64,000 nt of DNA, from NCBI GenBank assembly GCA_017442825.1, contig JAFRYZ010000009.1, forward strand, positions 100,923 to 164,922. The letters are read 5' to 3'. A program made the position numbers and the translations under genes. Positions within the stretch are counted from its first letter, which is position 1. Every line of letters begins with the position of its first letter. Origin of the DNA: Prevotella sp. (GTDB taxonomy: Bacteria > Bacteroidota > Bacteroidia > Bacteroidales > Bacteroidaceae). Positions 18,325-26,508 of this stretch are shown piece after piece. Under the pieces are notes generated by a model that was not told where the DNA came from, searched no databases, and saw only the letters and a list, made by a program, of their open reading frames with translations.

Positions 18325-20067
18325 ATGAAAAAGATCGTGATGGCACTATGTGCCACATTGCTGTTGCCGTTGGCAGCAAATGCACAGTACCCGCAGTTGA
18401 CGGGTGAAGCAAAACAGAAACTGGCAGACTTGCACAAGAAATGGGAGGCTCATAGCGACTCTGCATGGGCTGTGGCATTCCCGGTTGTCATTAAAGAAGC
18501 AAAAGAAGGTCGTCCGTACGTGCCTTGGGCTTTTCGACCTTACGACCTTCCGCAGGCAAAGATACCCGCTTTTCCCGGTGCTGAAGGAGGCGGAATGTAC
18601 ACCTTTGGCGGTCGAGGCGGCAAGGTGCTTGTCGTGACCAACCTGAACGATGACGGTCCCGGGTCGTTCCGTTGGGCTTGTGAGCAGGGCGGTGCACGTA
18701 TCGTCGTGTTCAATGTCAGCGGTATCATCCGTCTGAAGTCGCCTATCTATGTGCGTGCTCCGTATATCACTATTGCCGGACAGACCGCTCCGGGCGACGG
18801 TGTCTGCATTGCCGGAGAGACGTTCCAGGTGGATACCCATGACGTGATAGTGCGCCACATGCGTTTCCGCCGCGGTGAGACACAGGTGACCTACCGTGAA
18901 GACTCCTTTGGCGGCAACCCTGTCGGCAACATCATGATAGACCACTGTTCTTGCGAGTGGGGACTGGACGAGAACATTTCGTTCTATCGTCACATGTTCG
19001 ACCTGGGCGATGGAAAACCGAAGCGTAAGGAGCCGACGGTGAACGTTACCATTCAGAATACCATCTCTGCCAAGGCTCTCGACACCTGGAACCATGCTTT
19101 CGGTTCAACAATCGGTGGCGAGAACACCACATTCATGCGCAACCTGTGGGCAGACAATACGGGCCGCAACCCGTCAATTGGCTGGGGCGGCGTATTCAAC
19201 TTCGTGAACAATGTGGTGTATAACTGGGTGCACCGTACGGCTGACGGTGGCGAATATACCACCATGTCGAACTTCATCAACAACTATTACAAACCCGGAC
19301 CGCTCACCCCGAAAGACAGTCCTGTAGGTCATCGTATCGTGAAGTCGGAGAGTCGCAGTGTCAACCTGTTCCCCTTCAAGCAGTTCGGACGTGTCTATGC
19401 TACGGGTAACGTGATGGAAGGTTATCCTGAAATCACGAAGGACAACTGGAACGGTGGTGTGCAGACTGCCGACAAGGACGGTGAGATGGACGAGACGGAG
19501 AAGGCGGTGATGCGTTCTAACGAACCGTTTGAGATGCCATTCATCACGATTATGGGTGCACAGAAGGCGTTCGACTTTGTCCTGGAGAATGCCGGTGCGA
19601 CAATTCCTACTCGTGACATCGTGGACCAGCGCATTATGGAAGAAGTGAAGACGGGTAAGGCTTACTATGTTGACAAATACGAGAAAAAGGTGAAGGACAA
19701 TCCCTATGGAGATATGTGGGGACTGCATGAGAGTTCAAAGAACAAGGACGGCCTCTTCAAATATCGTCGTCTGCCGAACGACAGCTACAAAGACGGTATC
19801 ATCACCGACCCGCGCCAGATGGGGGGCTATCCGGAATACAAAGGAACACCGCGTGTTGACAGCGACGGCGACGGTATGCCCGATGAGTGGGAACGTGAAA
19901 ACGGACTGAACCCGAACGATGCAAGCGATGCCAACGGCGACATCAATGGTGACGGCTATACCAACATTGAGAAATATATCAACGGTATCGACACCAAGAC
20001 GAAGGTGGATTGGCGCAACTTGAACAACAATCGCGATACCTTGGCTGAGAAAGGCAAGGTGATGTAA
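18325..20067 (+). CDS. PL1-type pectate/rhamnogalacturonan lyase
   Basis: PAFPGAEGGG..GGRGG, TIAGQTAPGDG, DHCSCEWGLDE, RNP, DSDGDGMPDEWE motifs; SPI signal peptide; no CTD. Confidence 0.9.
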   Translation: MKKIVMALCATLLLPLAANAQYPQLTGEAKQKLADLHKKWEAHSDSAWAVAFPVVIKEAKEGRPYVPWAFRPYDLPQAKIPAFPGAEGGGMYTFGGRGGKVLVVTNLNDDGPGSFRWACEQGGARIVVFNVSGIIRLKSPIYVRAPYITIAGQTAPGDGVCIAGETFQVDTHDVIVRHMRFRRGETQVTYREDSFGGNPVGNIMIDHCSCEWGLDENISFYRHMFDLGDGKPKRKEPTVNVTIQNTISAKALDTWNHAFGSTIGGENTTFMRNLWADNTGRNPSIGWGGVFNFVNNVVYNWVHRTADGGEYTTMSNFINNYYKPGPLTPKDSPVGHRIVKSESRSVNLFPFKQFGRVYATGNVMEGYPEITKDNWNGGVQTADKDGEMDETEKAVMRSNEPFEMPFITIMGAQKAFDFVLENAGATIPTRDIVDQRIMEEVKTGKAYYVDKYEKKVKDNPYGDMWGLHESSKNKDGLFKYRRLPNDSYKDGIITDPRQMGGYPEYKGTPRVDSDGDGMPDEWERENGLNPNDASDANGDINGDGYTNIEKYINGIDTKTKVDWRNLNNNRDTLAEKGKVM

Positions 20068-20131
20068 AGAGACCCACCCCCCAACCCCTCCAAAAGGAGG
20101 GGAGTTGGGGGAAGAAAGAAAAAGGAAGAAT

Positions 20132-20728
20132 ATGAAAAAGGTTTTTCTTGGATTACTAGTATTTCTAGTCAATCTAGTCAGTCTGTCTGCCCAGGAGGTG
20201 AAACTCAATAGCGACGGACGCGACCAACAGTATGTGCAGACGATTCTTGGACGTTCGCAGAAGATTGTCGATGGTTTGAAACTGACAGACGAGTCGAAGA
20301 AGCAGAATGTGTTGAACATCATTGCCAACCGTTATTTCAAATTGAACGACATCTACGATAAGTACAAGGCAGGTACGGATTCGTGTAATGCGGAGTTATA
20401 TAAGCATCACTTTGAGTTTGCTGCCGACTTGGGCAACTATCTTGACGAAAGCCAGATAGAAGCCGTAAAGGACGGACTGACCTATGGCGTCGTTCCGAAG
20501 ACTTATCAGGCACATTTGGATATGATTCCGTCGCTGACCGATGCTGAGAAACTCCAGATACTGAACTGGTTGAAAGAGGCACGCGAGTTTGCCATTGATG
20601 CTCCTGATTCGAAGAGCAAGCATGGCTGGTTCGGCAAATATAAAGGTCGCATCAACAACTGGCTTTCAACACGAGGCTACGACTTGGTGAAGGAACGTGA
20701 GGCCTGGTATAAGAGAATAGGGAAATAG
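20132..20728 (+). CDS. DUF3826-like periplasmic protein
   Basis: KDGLTYGVV, WLKEAREFAIDA and KHGWFGKYKGRINNWL..GYD motifs; ATG at 20132 begins a signal peptide. Confidence 0.75.
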   Translation: MKKVFLGLLVFLVNLVSLSAQEVKLNSDGRDQQYVQTILGRSQKIVDGLKLTDESKKQNVLNIIANRYFKLNDIYDKYKAGTDSCNAELYKHHFEFAADLGNYLDESQIEAVKDGLTYGVVPKTYQAHLDMIPSLTDAEKLQILNWLKEAREFAIDAPDSKSKHGWFGKYKGRINNWLSTRGYDLVKEREAWYKRIGK

Positions 20729-20769
20729 GAGTCTTACCTCAATCCTACCAGGGTAGGAAGAGAGAAAGA

Positions 20770-23700
20770 ATGATTTTGATTATGGATAGAAGTCGGGCAA
20801 TAGTATTCGTCATGGTTCTTTGTTCATGGTTCGGAAGTTCCGTATGGGCGCAAAACGTTCCGATGGACTATTCCTACTGTGGCTACCACCATTCGGAACA
20901 GCCGATACCTTATGCGGCAGTGGCGGTTGGTGTGCAGCCCTCTGGCGGAGATGACAGCAAGACTATCCAGGCTGCCCTTGACAAGGTGGGCAGTATGAAA
21001 CCCGACAAGCGGACAGGACTTCGTGGTGCGGTTTTGCTCGCTGAAGGGACCTATACCATCAGCGAACCGTTGCGTATCCGAAACAATGGGGTCGTCTTGC
21101 GTGGTAGCGGTCGTGATAAGACGATTCTCCGTAAAAAGGGATTCGACCGTGGGGCTGCGGTCTATATTGAGGGTGAGCATGATGTGGTCATGAAAGATAC
21201 CGTTGATGTAGCCGATGCAAGTCCGGGAAGTATGAAGATACATCTTCAGCGTTCTGTTCGTCTAACGTCAACTCCTCAGCGTGTCATCATTTGGCGACCT
21301 TCCACACCGGAATGGATAGCCTCGTTGGGTTGCTCGTCGTTTGGCGGAGGCAAGCGTATGGGTTATTGGGCGTGGCATCCGGGTGATATTGATTTGCGAT
21401 GGAACCGTAGGATTGTAGCCTTAAACGGTACGGAAATAACACTCGATGCACCCATCACTTCTGCTATTGAAAGCCGATGGGGTGGTGCTAAAGCCATATT
21501 CTGCGATGTGCGGGGGCTGGTCAGCGAGTCGGGTGTGGAAAACCTGACGTTGGAATCGGCTTACGACACCAGTCTTCCCATGGATGAAGACCATTGTTGG
21601 GATGGCGTGTATGTTGCTGACGCAGAAAATTGTTGGGTGCGTATGGTGAACTTCCGCCATTTTGCCGGTTCGGCAGTTGTCATACAGAAGTCTGCAGAAC
21701 AGATTACCGTTGAAGATTGTAAATCGTTGCATCCCGTTTCCGAAATCGGTGGATTCCGTCGTCGAACCTTCTTCACCATGGGTGAAAAGACTCTTTTTCA
21801 GCGTTGCTATTCAGAACATGGTATCAACGACTTTGCCGTAGGGCACACGGCTCCAGGTCCCAATGCCTTCGTGCAATGTGAGAGTTTCGAATCATTCGGA
21901 CCGAGCGGGGCTATCTCGTCGTGGGCTCCAGGCATTCTTTTCGATATTGTCAATGTTGACGGTAATGACATCGTCTTCAAAAACTGGGAATTGGAAAAGT
22001 TTGGAGCGGGGTGGAGTACTGCCAACAGTACGATGTGGCAGTCAACGGCAGCGGGATTGTGGTGCTATTCTCCTGATTCTATCAACCGCAACTACTCGCG
22101 TGGCTGCTGGGGACAGGTGATGGGAAGTGGAGAATATACGGAGATGAACGAGCATGTGAAGCCTTATTCGCTCTTTGCCAGCCAACTGCTGAAGCGCAGG
22201 GGAGAGAAACATGCCGACGAAGTGAATAAGATTTGTCGCGTATTGGAGCGCAACACCAATGCCAGCAGTTCGCCGACAATAGAGGAAGCGATGCTGATGG
22301 CAGACGAAGCTCTGCAACCGCGCATGACCTTACAGGCATGGATTGACCAGGCACAACTTGATGGCGAGAACACTAGTCTTTCTGGAAAATCTAGCCCTTC
22401 TAGCCCTTCTAGCCTCTCTAGTAAATCTAGCCCTTCTAGAAATTCTAGTAATCCTAAAGCCTCCACCGCCACTTATGCCATCACCAGCGGTAAACTGACA
22501 AAAGATGGTGCTTTGTTGGTGGGGGGTAAGCACCAGACACCGTGGTGGAACGGGCGAACTACCGATGCGGCGATGGCGAAAGCCAAGTTTGCACTGACCC
22601 GTTTCGTTCCCGGACAAGAGGGGCAGGGTGGTACTGACCGCATCGACTCCGTGATTGTTGCCATGCAACGGAGTCATATCTTACTCTTCAGTCAGAACTA
22701 TGGTTTATGGACCGACCGCAGGCGTGATGACCATGAGCGCATAAGAAGAAAGAATGGTGACGCTTGGGCTCCTTTCTACGAGCAACCCTTTGCCCGTGTC
22801 GGTCTTGCCGATGCAAAGACACCGTCGTATGCAGCTTTGGCTTGGGACGGGATGAGCAAGTACGACTTGACGAAATTGAACAAATGGTACTATTGGCGTT
22901 TGCAACAGTTTGCTGCCAAAGGTGCTGACGCTGGTCTGTTGCTGAAAAACCAACATTATTTCCAGCATAATATTCTGGAGGCGGGCGCACATTGGGTGGA
23001 TTGTCCGTGGCGAACAGCCAACAATGTGAATCAGACGCCGTTCTTAGAACCCGTAAACTTCACGGGTGACAAGCGCATCTTCACGGCAAAGCTTTTCTAC
23101 GATATTGAGCAACCGACTTTGCGCGAGTTGCACCGTCAATATATTCGACAATCATTAGATGCGTTCAAAGGACAACCAAACGTGCTCCATTCTATCGGCG
23201 AAGAATTTACGGGTCCATTGCATTTCGTCCAGTTCTGGTTGGATGTCGTAGCAGAGTGGGAACGTGAGAATGGGCAAGTGCTGGTGGACTTAGCCGTGAA
23301 CAAGGATGTGCAAGACAGCATTCTGAGTGACCCAATCCGCTCCAAGACGGTTGATATCATTGATATTGAACAATGGTTCTATCATAATAAAGGTGAGTAT
23401 GCTCCCCCTGGAGGAGTGAATATGGCGCAACGGCAGTATATGCGGAAGATACGGACGGGTAGTGCGCGCTTTGAAGACGTCTATCGTGCCGTGAACGAAT
23501 ACCGAACGCGCTTTCCTGAGAAAGCTGTTGTGTATTCGGCGCAGAAATATCCTGAGTTAGGCTGGGCGGCATTGATGGCAGGCGGTTCCTGTGCCGTCGT
23601 TCCCGTCAAGGATAGCGATTTCTTGACCGATGTGGCAAAGATGCATCCTTCAGGACATCTGGGAGGTGTCTATACGATGGAGGACGCGCAGACGGGAGCA

Positions 23701-23880
23701 TTGGTCTTCATTGATGGTAACGGCAAGGAGGCAACTATGAATCTGAGTAGCGGCACCTATCGTCTTTGTCAGATAGACCCGCTGACGGGAAACATCAAGG
23801 AATTGAAAGCTCGCGAGCACATAGATCGGTCTTATACTTTCAGTGGAAACGGTGTTTTTTGGCTGAAAAAGTTGAAATAA
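20770..23880 (+). CDS. Large pectin-active beta-helix protein with DUF6298-like C-terminal half
   Basis: DYSYCGY and DDSKTIQAALD..GAVLLAEGTY (pectate-lyase-3-like N-terminus); second domain YFQHNILEAGAHWVDCPWR; Ser-rich linker between them. Confidence 0.6.
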   Translation: MILIMDRSRAIVFVMVLCSWFGSSVWAQNVPMDYSYCGYHHSEQPIPYAAVAVGVQPSGGDDSKTIQAALDKVGSMKPDKRTGLRGAVLLAEGTYTISEPLRIRNNGVVLRGSGRDKTILRKKGFDRGAAVYIEGEHDVVMKDTVDVADASPGSMKIHLQRSVRLTSTPQRVIIWRPSTPEWIASLGCSSFGGGKRMGYWAWHPGDIDLRWNRRIVALNGTEITLDAPITSAIESRWGGAKAIFCDVRGLVSESGVENLTLESAYDTSLPMDEDHCWDGVYVADAENCWVRMVNFRHFAGSAVVIQKSAEQITVEDCKSLHPVSEIGGFRRRTFFTMGEKTLFQRCYSEHGINDFAVGHTAPGPNAFVQCESFESFGPSGAISSWAPGILFDIVNVDGNDIVFKNWELEKFGAGWSTANSTMWQSTAAGLWCYSPDSINRNYSRGCWGQVMGSGEYTEMNEHVKPYSLFASQLLKRRGEKHADEVNKICRVLERNTNASSSPTIEEAMLMADEALQPRMTLQAWIDQAQLDGENTSLSGKSSPSSPSSLSSKSSPSRNSSNPKASTATYAITSGKLTKDGALLVGGKHQTPWWNGRTTDAAMAKAKFALTRFVPGQEGQGGTDRIDSVIVAMQRSHILLFSQNYGLWTDRRRDDHERIRRKNGDAWAPFYEQPFARVGLADAKTPSYAALAWDGMSKYDLTKLNKWYYWRLQQFAAKGADAGLLLKNQHYFQHNILEAGAHWVDCPWRTANNVNQTPFLEPVNFTGDKRIFTAKLFYDIEQPTLRELHRQYIRQSLDAFKGQPNVLHSIGEEFTGPLHFVQFWLDVVAEWERENGQVLVDLAVNKDVQDSILSDPIRSKTVDIIDIEQWFYHNKGEYAPPGGVNMAQRQYMRKIRTGSARFEDVYRAVNEYRTRFPEKAVVYSAQKYPELGWAALMAGGSCAVVPVKDSDFLTDVAKMHPSGHLGGVYTMEDAQTGALVFIDGNGKEATMNLSSGTYRLCQIDPLTGNIKELKAREHIDRSYTFSGNGVFWLKKLK

Positions 23881-23941
23881 TGATCAACAGGTCGTTACAA
23901 ACGTACGCATAGTGCGTCTTATTCTTGAAAAACAAACGGAA

Positions 23942-24196
23942 ATGGCTGATGCAAATACGATAGATATAAATGTAACCAGTCTGCTGGAAAATGCAGACTT
24001 TCTTCGTTATGTCTTAGATGCTGATGCTGGTCAACGGCAGCAATGGCACCGCTTTGAACAAGAACATCCCTGTTGGCAGCCAGCCATTGAGCGTGCGAAA
24101 TACATTTTGTTGCATCTGGACGAGATGGGGAGCGTGCTTTCAGAAGAGGAAATTGAGTCCTTGCGACAACGCATCTCCAGCATGTTAGGAGAATAG
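23942..24196 (+). CDS. Small soluble protein resembling the N-terminal anti-sigma domain of Bacteroidota FecR proteins
   Basis: LLENADFLRYV...WHRFEQEHPCWQPAIERAKYIL pattern; no TM segment; immediately upstream of an ECF sigma. Confidence 0.55.
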   Translation: MADANTIDINVTSLLENADFLRYVLDADAGQRQQWHRFEQEHPCWQPAIERAKYILLHLDEMGSVLSEEEIESLRQRISSMLGE

Positions 24197-24361
24197 AGCC
24201 TTCTTTTTTGATGTGGAGTCCATTCTCGATTTAACATAAAGTGCAACAGTTATGTGCAAAACCGTCATGTCGGCATGACAGTGTTTGCGGAAACAATTGT
24301 AAAATTATAGTCTTAAAGGCTAAAAAATCAAATTTTTGGGTAGATTGAACGATTTGTGATG

Positions 24362-24391
24362 TTGTGAAGAGAGATTTTCTCTTTATCTTTG
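24362..24391 (+). promoter_or_regulatory. Housekeeping promoter of the ECF sigma gene
   Basis: TTG, 19 nt, TATCTTTG (24384-91). Confidence 0.55.
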
Positions 24392-24421
24392 CCATATACA
24401 AAATAACTAACTTTCTACCTT

Positions 24422-24982
24422 ATGAACCCAGAAATGACGATAAAAGACGGACGGGCTGTCGAATTGTTGCGTTCCTACAGAGAAGGTAATCGAGCAGCTT
24501 TTACGGAAATCTATCACATGTATATTCAGATGCTCTTGAATTACGGGCATTGCTTGACGACGAATACGGAACTGATTAAGGATTGCATTCAGGACGTTTT
24601 TGTCAAGTTGCTTGATAAGCAGGATGTGGAAGGTATTCGACGTGTTGGTTCGTTCTTGATTATTTCTTTGCGCAACCGTTTGGTGGATGAGTTCAGACAT
24701 GCTAATTTCACCATTGAAGCATCTGTAGAGGATATGCACTACACGCGTTCGACAACGGATGTAGAGAGTGACTATCTGCGTGCTGAAATGATAAGTATGC
24801 GGAATGAGTATGTTGAGGACCTTCTGAAGACGTTGACTCCGCGTCAGCGCCAAGCTTTCCAGCTATATTATATGGAAGAAAGGAAGTATGATGAGATTTG
24901 CCAGTTGATGAACATGAACTACCATAGTGTGCGCAATCTCGTACATCGCGGAATGTTGAGGCTTCGTTCTGTAGCCGTTTAA
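24422..24982 (+). CDS. ECF-type RNA polymerase sigma-70 factor
   Basis: Region 2 DCIQDVFVKL..SLRN; region 4 LTPRQRQAFQLYY...YDEICQLM..SVRNLVHRG. Confidence 0.92.
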   Translation: MNPEMTIKDGRAVELLRSYREGNRAAFTEIYHMYIQMLLNYGHCLTTNTELIKDCIQDVFVKLLDKQDVEGIRRVGSFLIISLRNRLVDEFRHANFTIEASVEDMHYTRSTTDVESDYLRAEMISMRNEYVEDLLKTLTPRQRQAFQLYYMEERKYDEICQLMNMNYHSVRNLVHRGMLRLRSVAV

Positions 24983-25053
24983 CAACTCTACCTTGGCTGA
25001 TTATGCTTAAAAATCCCTTCCCTGTCTAGACTGGGAGAGCTGATAGAACCTTT

Positions 25054-26460
25054 ATGTTTTTTACTATGAAGCGATTTCTTGTATTATTATGTTGCTCCGT
25101 GCTCTCTGCTGTTACTTTGTCGGCAAAAGGGTGGGGCAATGAGTATCGTTCGATAGAGAAGCGGATTGTTGCGCCGACCTTCTCCGATCGCCAGTATATG
25201 ATAGCTGATTTCGGTGCATCTCAGCAAGCTACGGCAGCCGAGAACCAGCGAGCTATCAATAGTGCCATCAAGACATGCTCGCAAGCAGGTGGCGGACGCG
25301 TTGTCGTTCCCTCGGGAACATGGTTGACGGGTGCCCTTACCTTGCAAAGCCGAGTCAATCTGGTCATAGAAAAAGGAGCCACGTTGTTGTTTGCGTTTGA
25401 ACCGGATTTGTATCCATTGGTGAAAACCCGTTGGGAAGGTGTCGATTGCTGGAACTACCAGCCCATGGTCTATGCTTATCAATGTCGTGATGTGGCTATC
25501 ACCGGCGAAGGAACCATCGACGGAAACGGTTCGAAAGAAACGTGGTGGGGCATGACCGGCTATGAAGGGTGGGGTTGGCAAGAAGGAATGGAAGCCCAGC
25601 GTTTTGGAGTTCGAGACCGTTTGTTGAAACAATGCAACGACAATGTGCCCATTAAAGACCGCATTTACGGTAAGGATTGTGGACTCCGTCCTCAGCTCAT
25701 CAACCTTTATGAATGTCAGAATGTGTTGGTTGAAGGCGTTACTCTCTTGCGTTCGCCGTTCTGGGTGTTACATCCGTTGAAATGTAAGAATCTTACCGTT
25801 CGTAACGTCAAGGTGTGGAACGAAGGCCCGAATGGTGACGGGTGTGATCCGGAAGCTTGTGAAGATGTGTTGATAGAAGGTTGCACGTTCCATACGGGTG
25901 ACGATTGCATCGCCATTAAGGGTGGAAGGAATGTGGACGGCCGACAACCTGGAAATCAGTCGCAGAACATCATTGTACGTCATTGTAAGATGGAAGACGG
26001 ACATGGTGGAGTAGTCCTCGGTAGTGAGATTTCGGGTGGCGCCCGCAATGTGTTTGTGCATGATTGTCAGATGGATAGTAAACACCTTGACCGCGTCATC
26101 CGCATCAAGACCAATTCCTGTCGTGGTGGAGTGATAGAGAATATCTTTGTGCGCGATATAGAGGTAGGTCAGTGTCGCGAATGTGTATTGAAAATCAATC
26201 TGAACTACGACCCGAAGGAGCAATACGGGCGCGGACATAATCCTATTGTTCGCAACGTGTGGCTCGACCGCGTCAATAGCAAAGGAAGCAAGTACGGCAT
26301 CTTTGTCATCGGACTGGAAGACGCGTGCAATGTCAGCGGCATTCATGTCTCAAATAGCCGATTTGACGGTGTGACGTCAGACGCCTTGAAAAAGACGGGG
26401 AAAAGTGAACCGCTCGATTTGAAACGCGTCTATGTCAATGGGAAGGAGATTCGCGATTAA
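25054..26460 (+). CDS. GH28 polygalacturonase/galacturonidase
   Basis: PNGDG, GDDCIAIKGG, GHGGVVLGSE and RIKT catalytic motifs. Confidence 0.93.
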   Translation: MFFTMKRFLVLLCCSVLSAVTLSAKGWGNEYRSIEKRIVAPTFSDRQYMIADFGASQQATAAENQRAINSAIKTCSQAGGGRVVVPSGTWLTGALTLQSRVNLVIEKGATLLFAFEPDLYPLVKTRWEGVDCWNYQPMVYAYQCRDVAITGEGTIDGNGSKETWWGMTGYEGWGWQEGMEAQRFGVRDRLLKQCNDNVPIKDRIYGKDCGLRPQLINLYECQNVLVEGVTLLRSPFWVLHPLKCKNLTVRNVKVWNEGPNGDGCDPEACEDVLIEGCTFHTGDDCIAIKGGRNVDGRQPGNQSQNIIVRHCKMEDGHGGVVLGSEISGGARNVFVHDCQMDSKHLDRVIRIKTNSCRGGVIENIFVRDIEVGQCRECVLKINLNYDPKEQYGRGHNPIVRNVWLDRVNSKGSKYGIFVIGLEDACNVSGIHVSNSRFDGVTSDALKKTGKSEPLDLKRVYVNGKEIRD

Positions 26461-26508
26461 AGATATTTGTGCCGCTATGCAAGCTGGAAACTCGAAAGAT
26501 AATAGATC

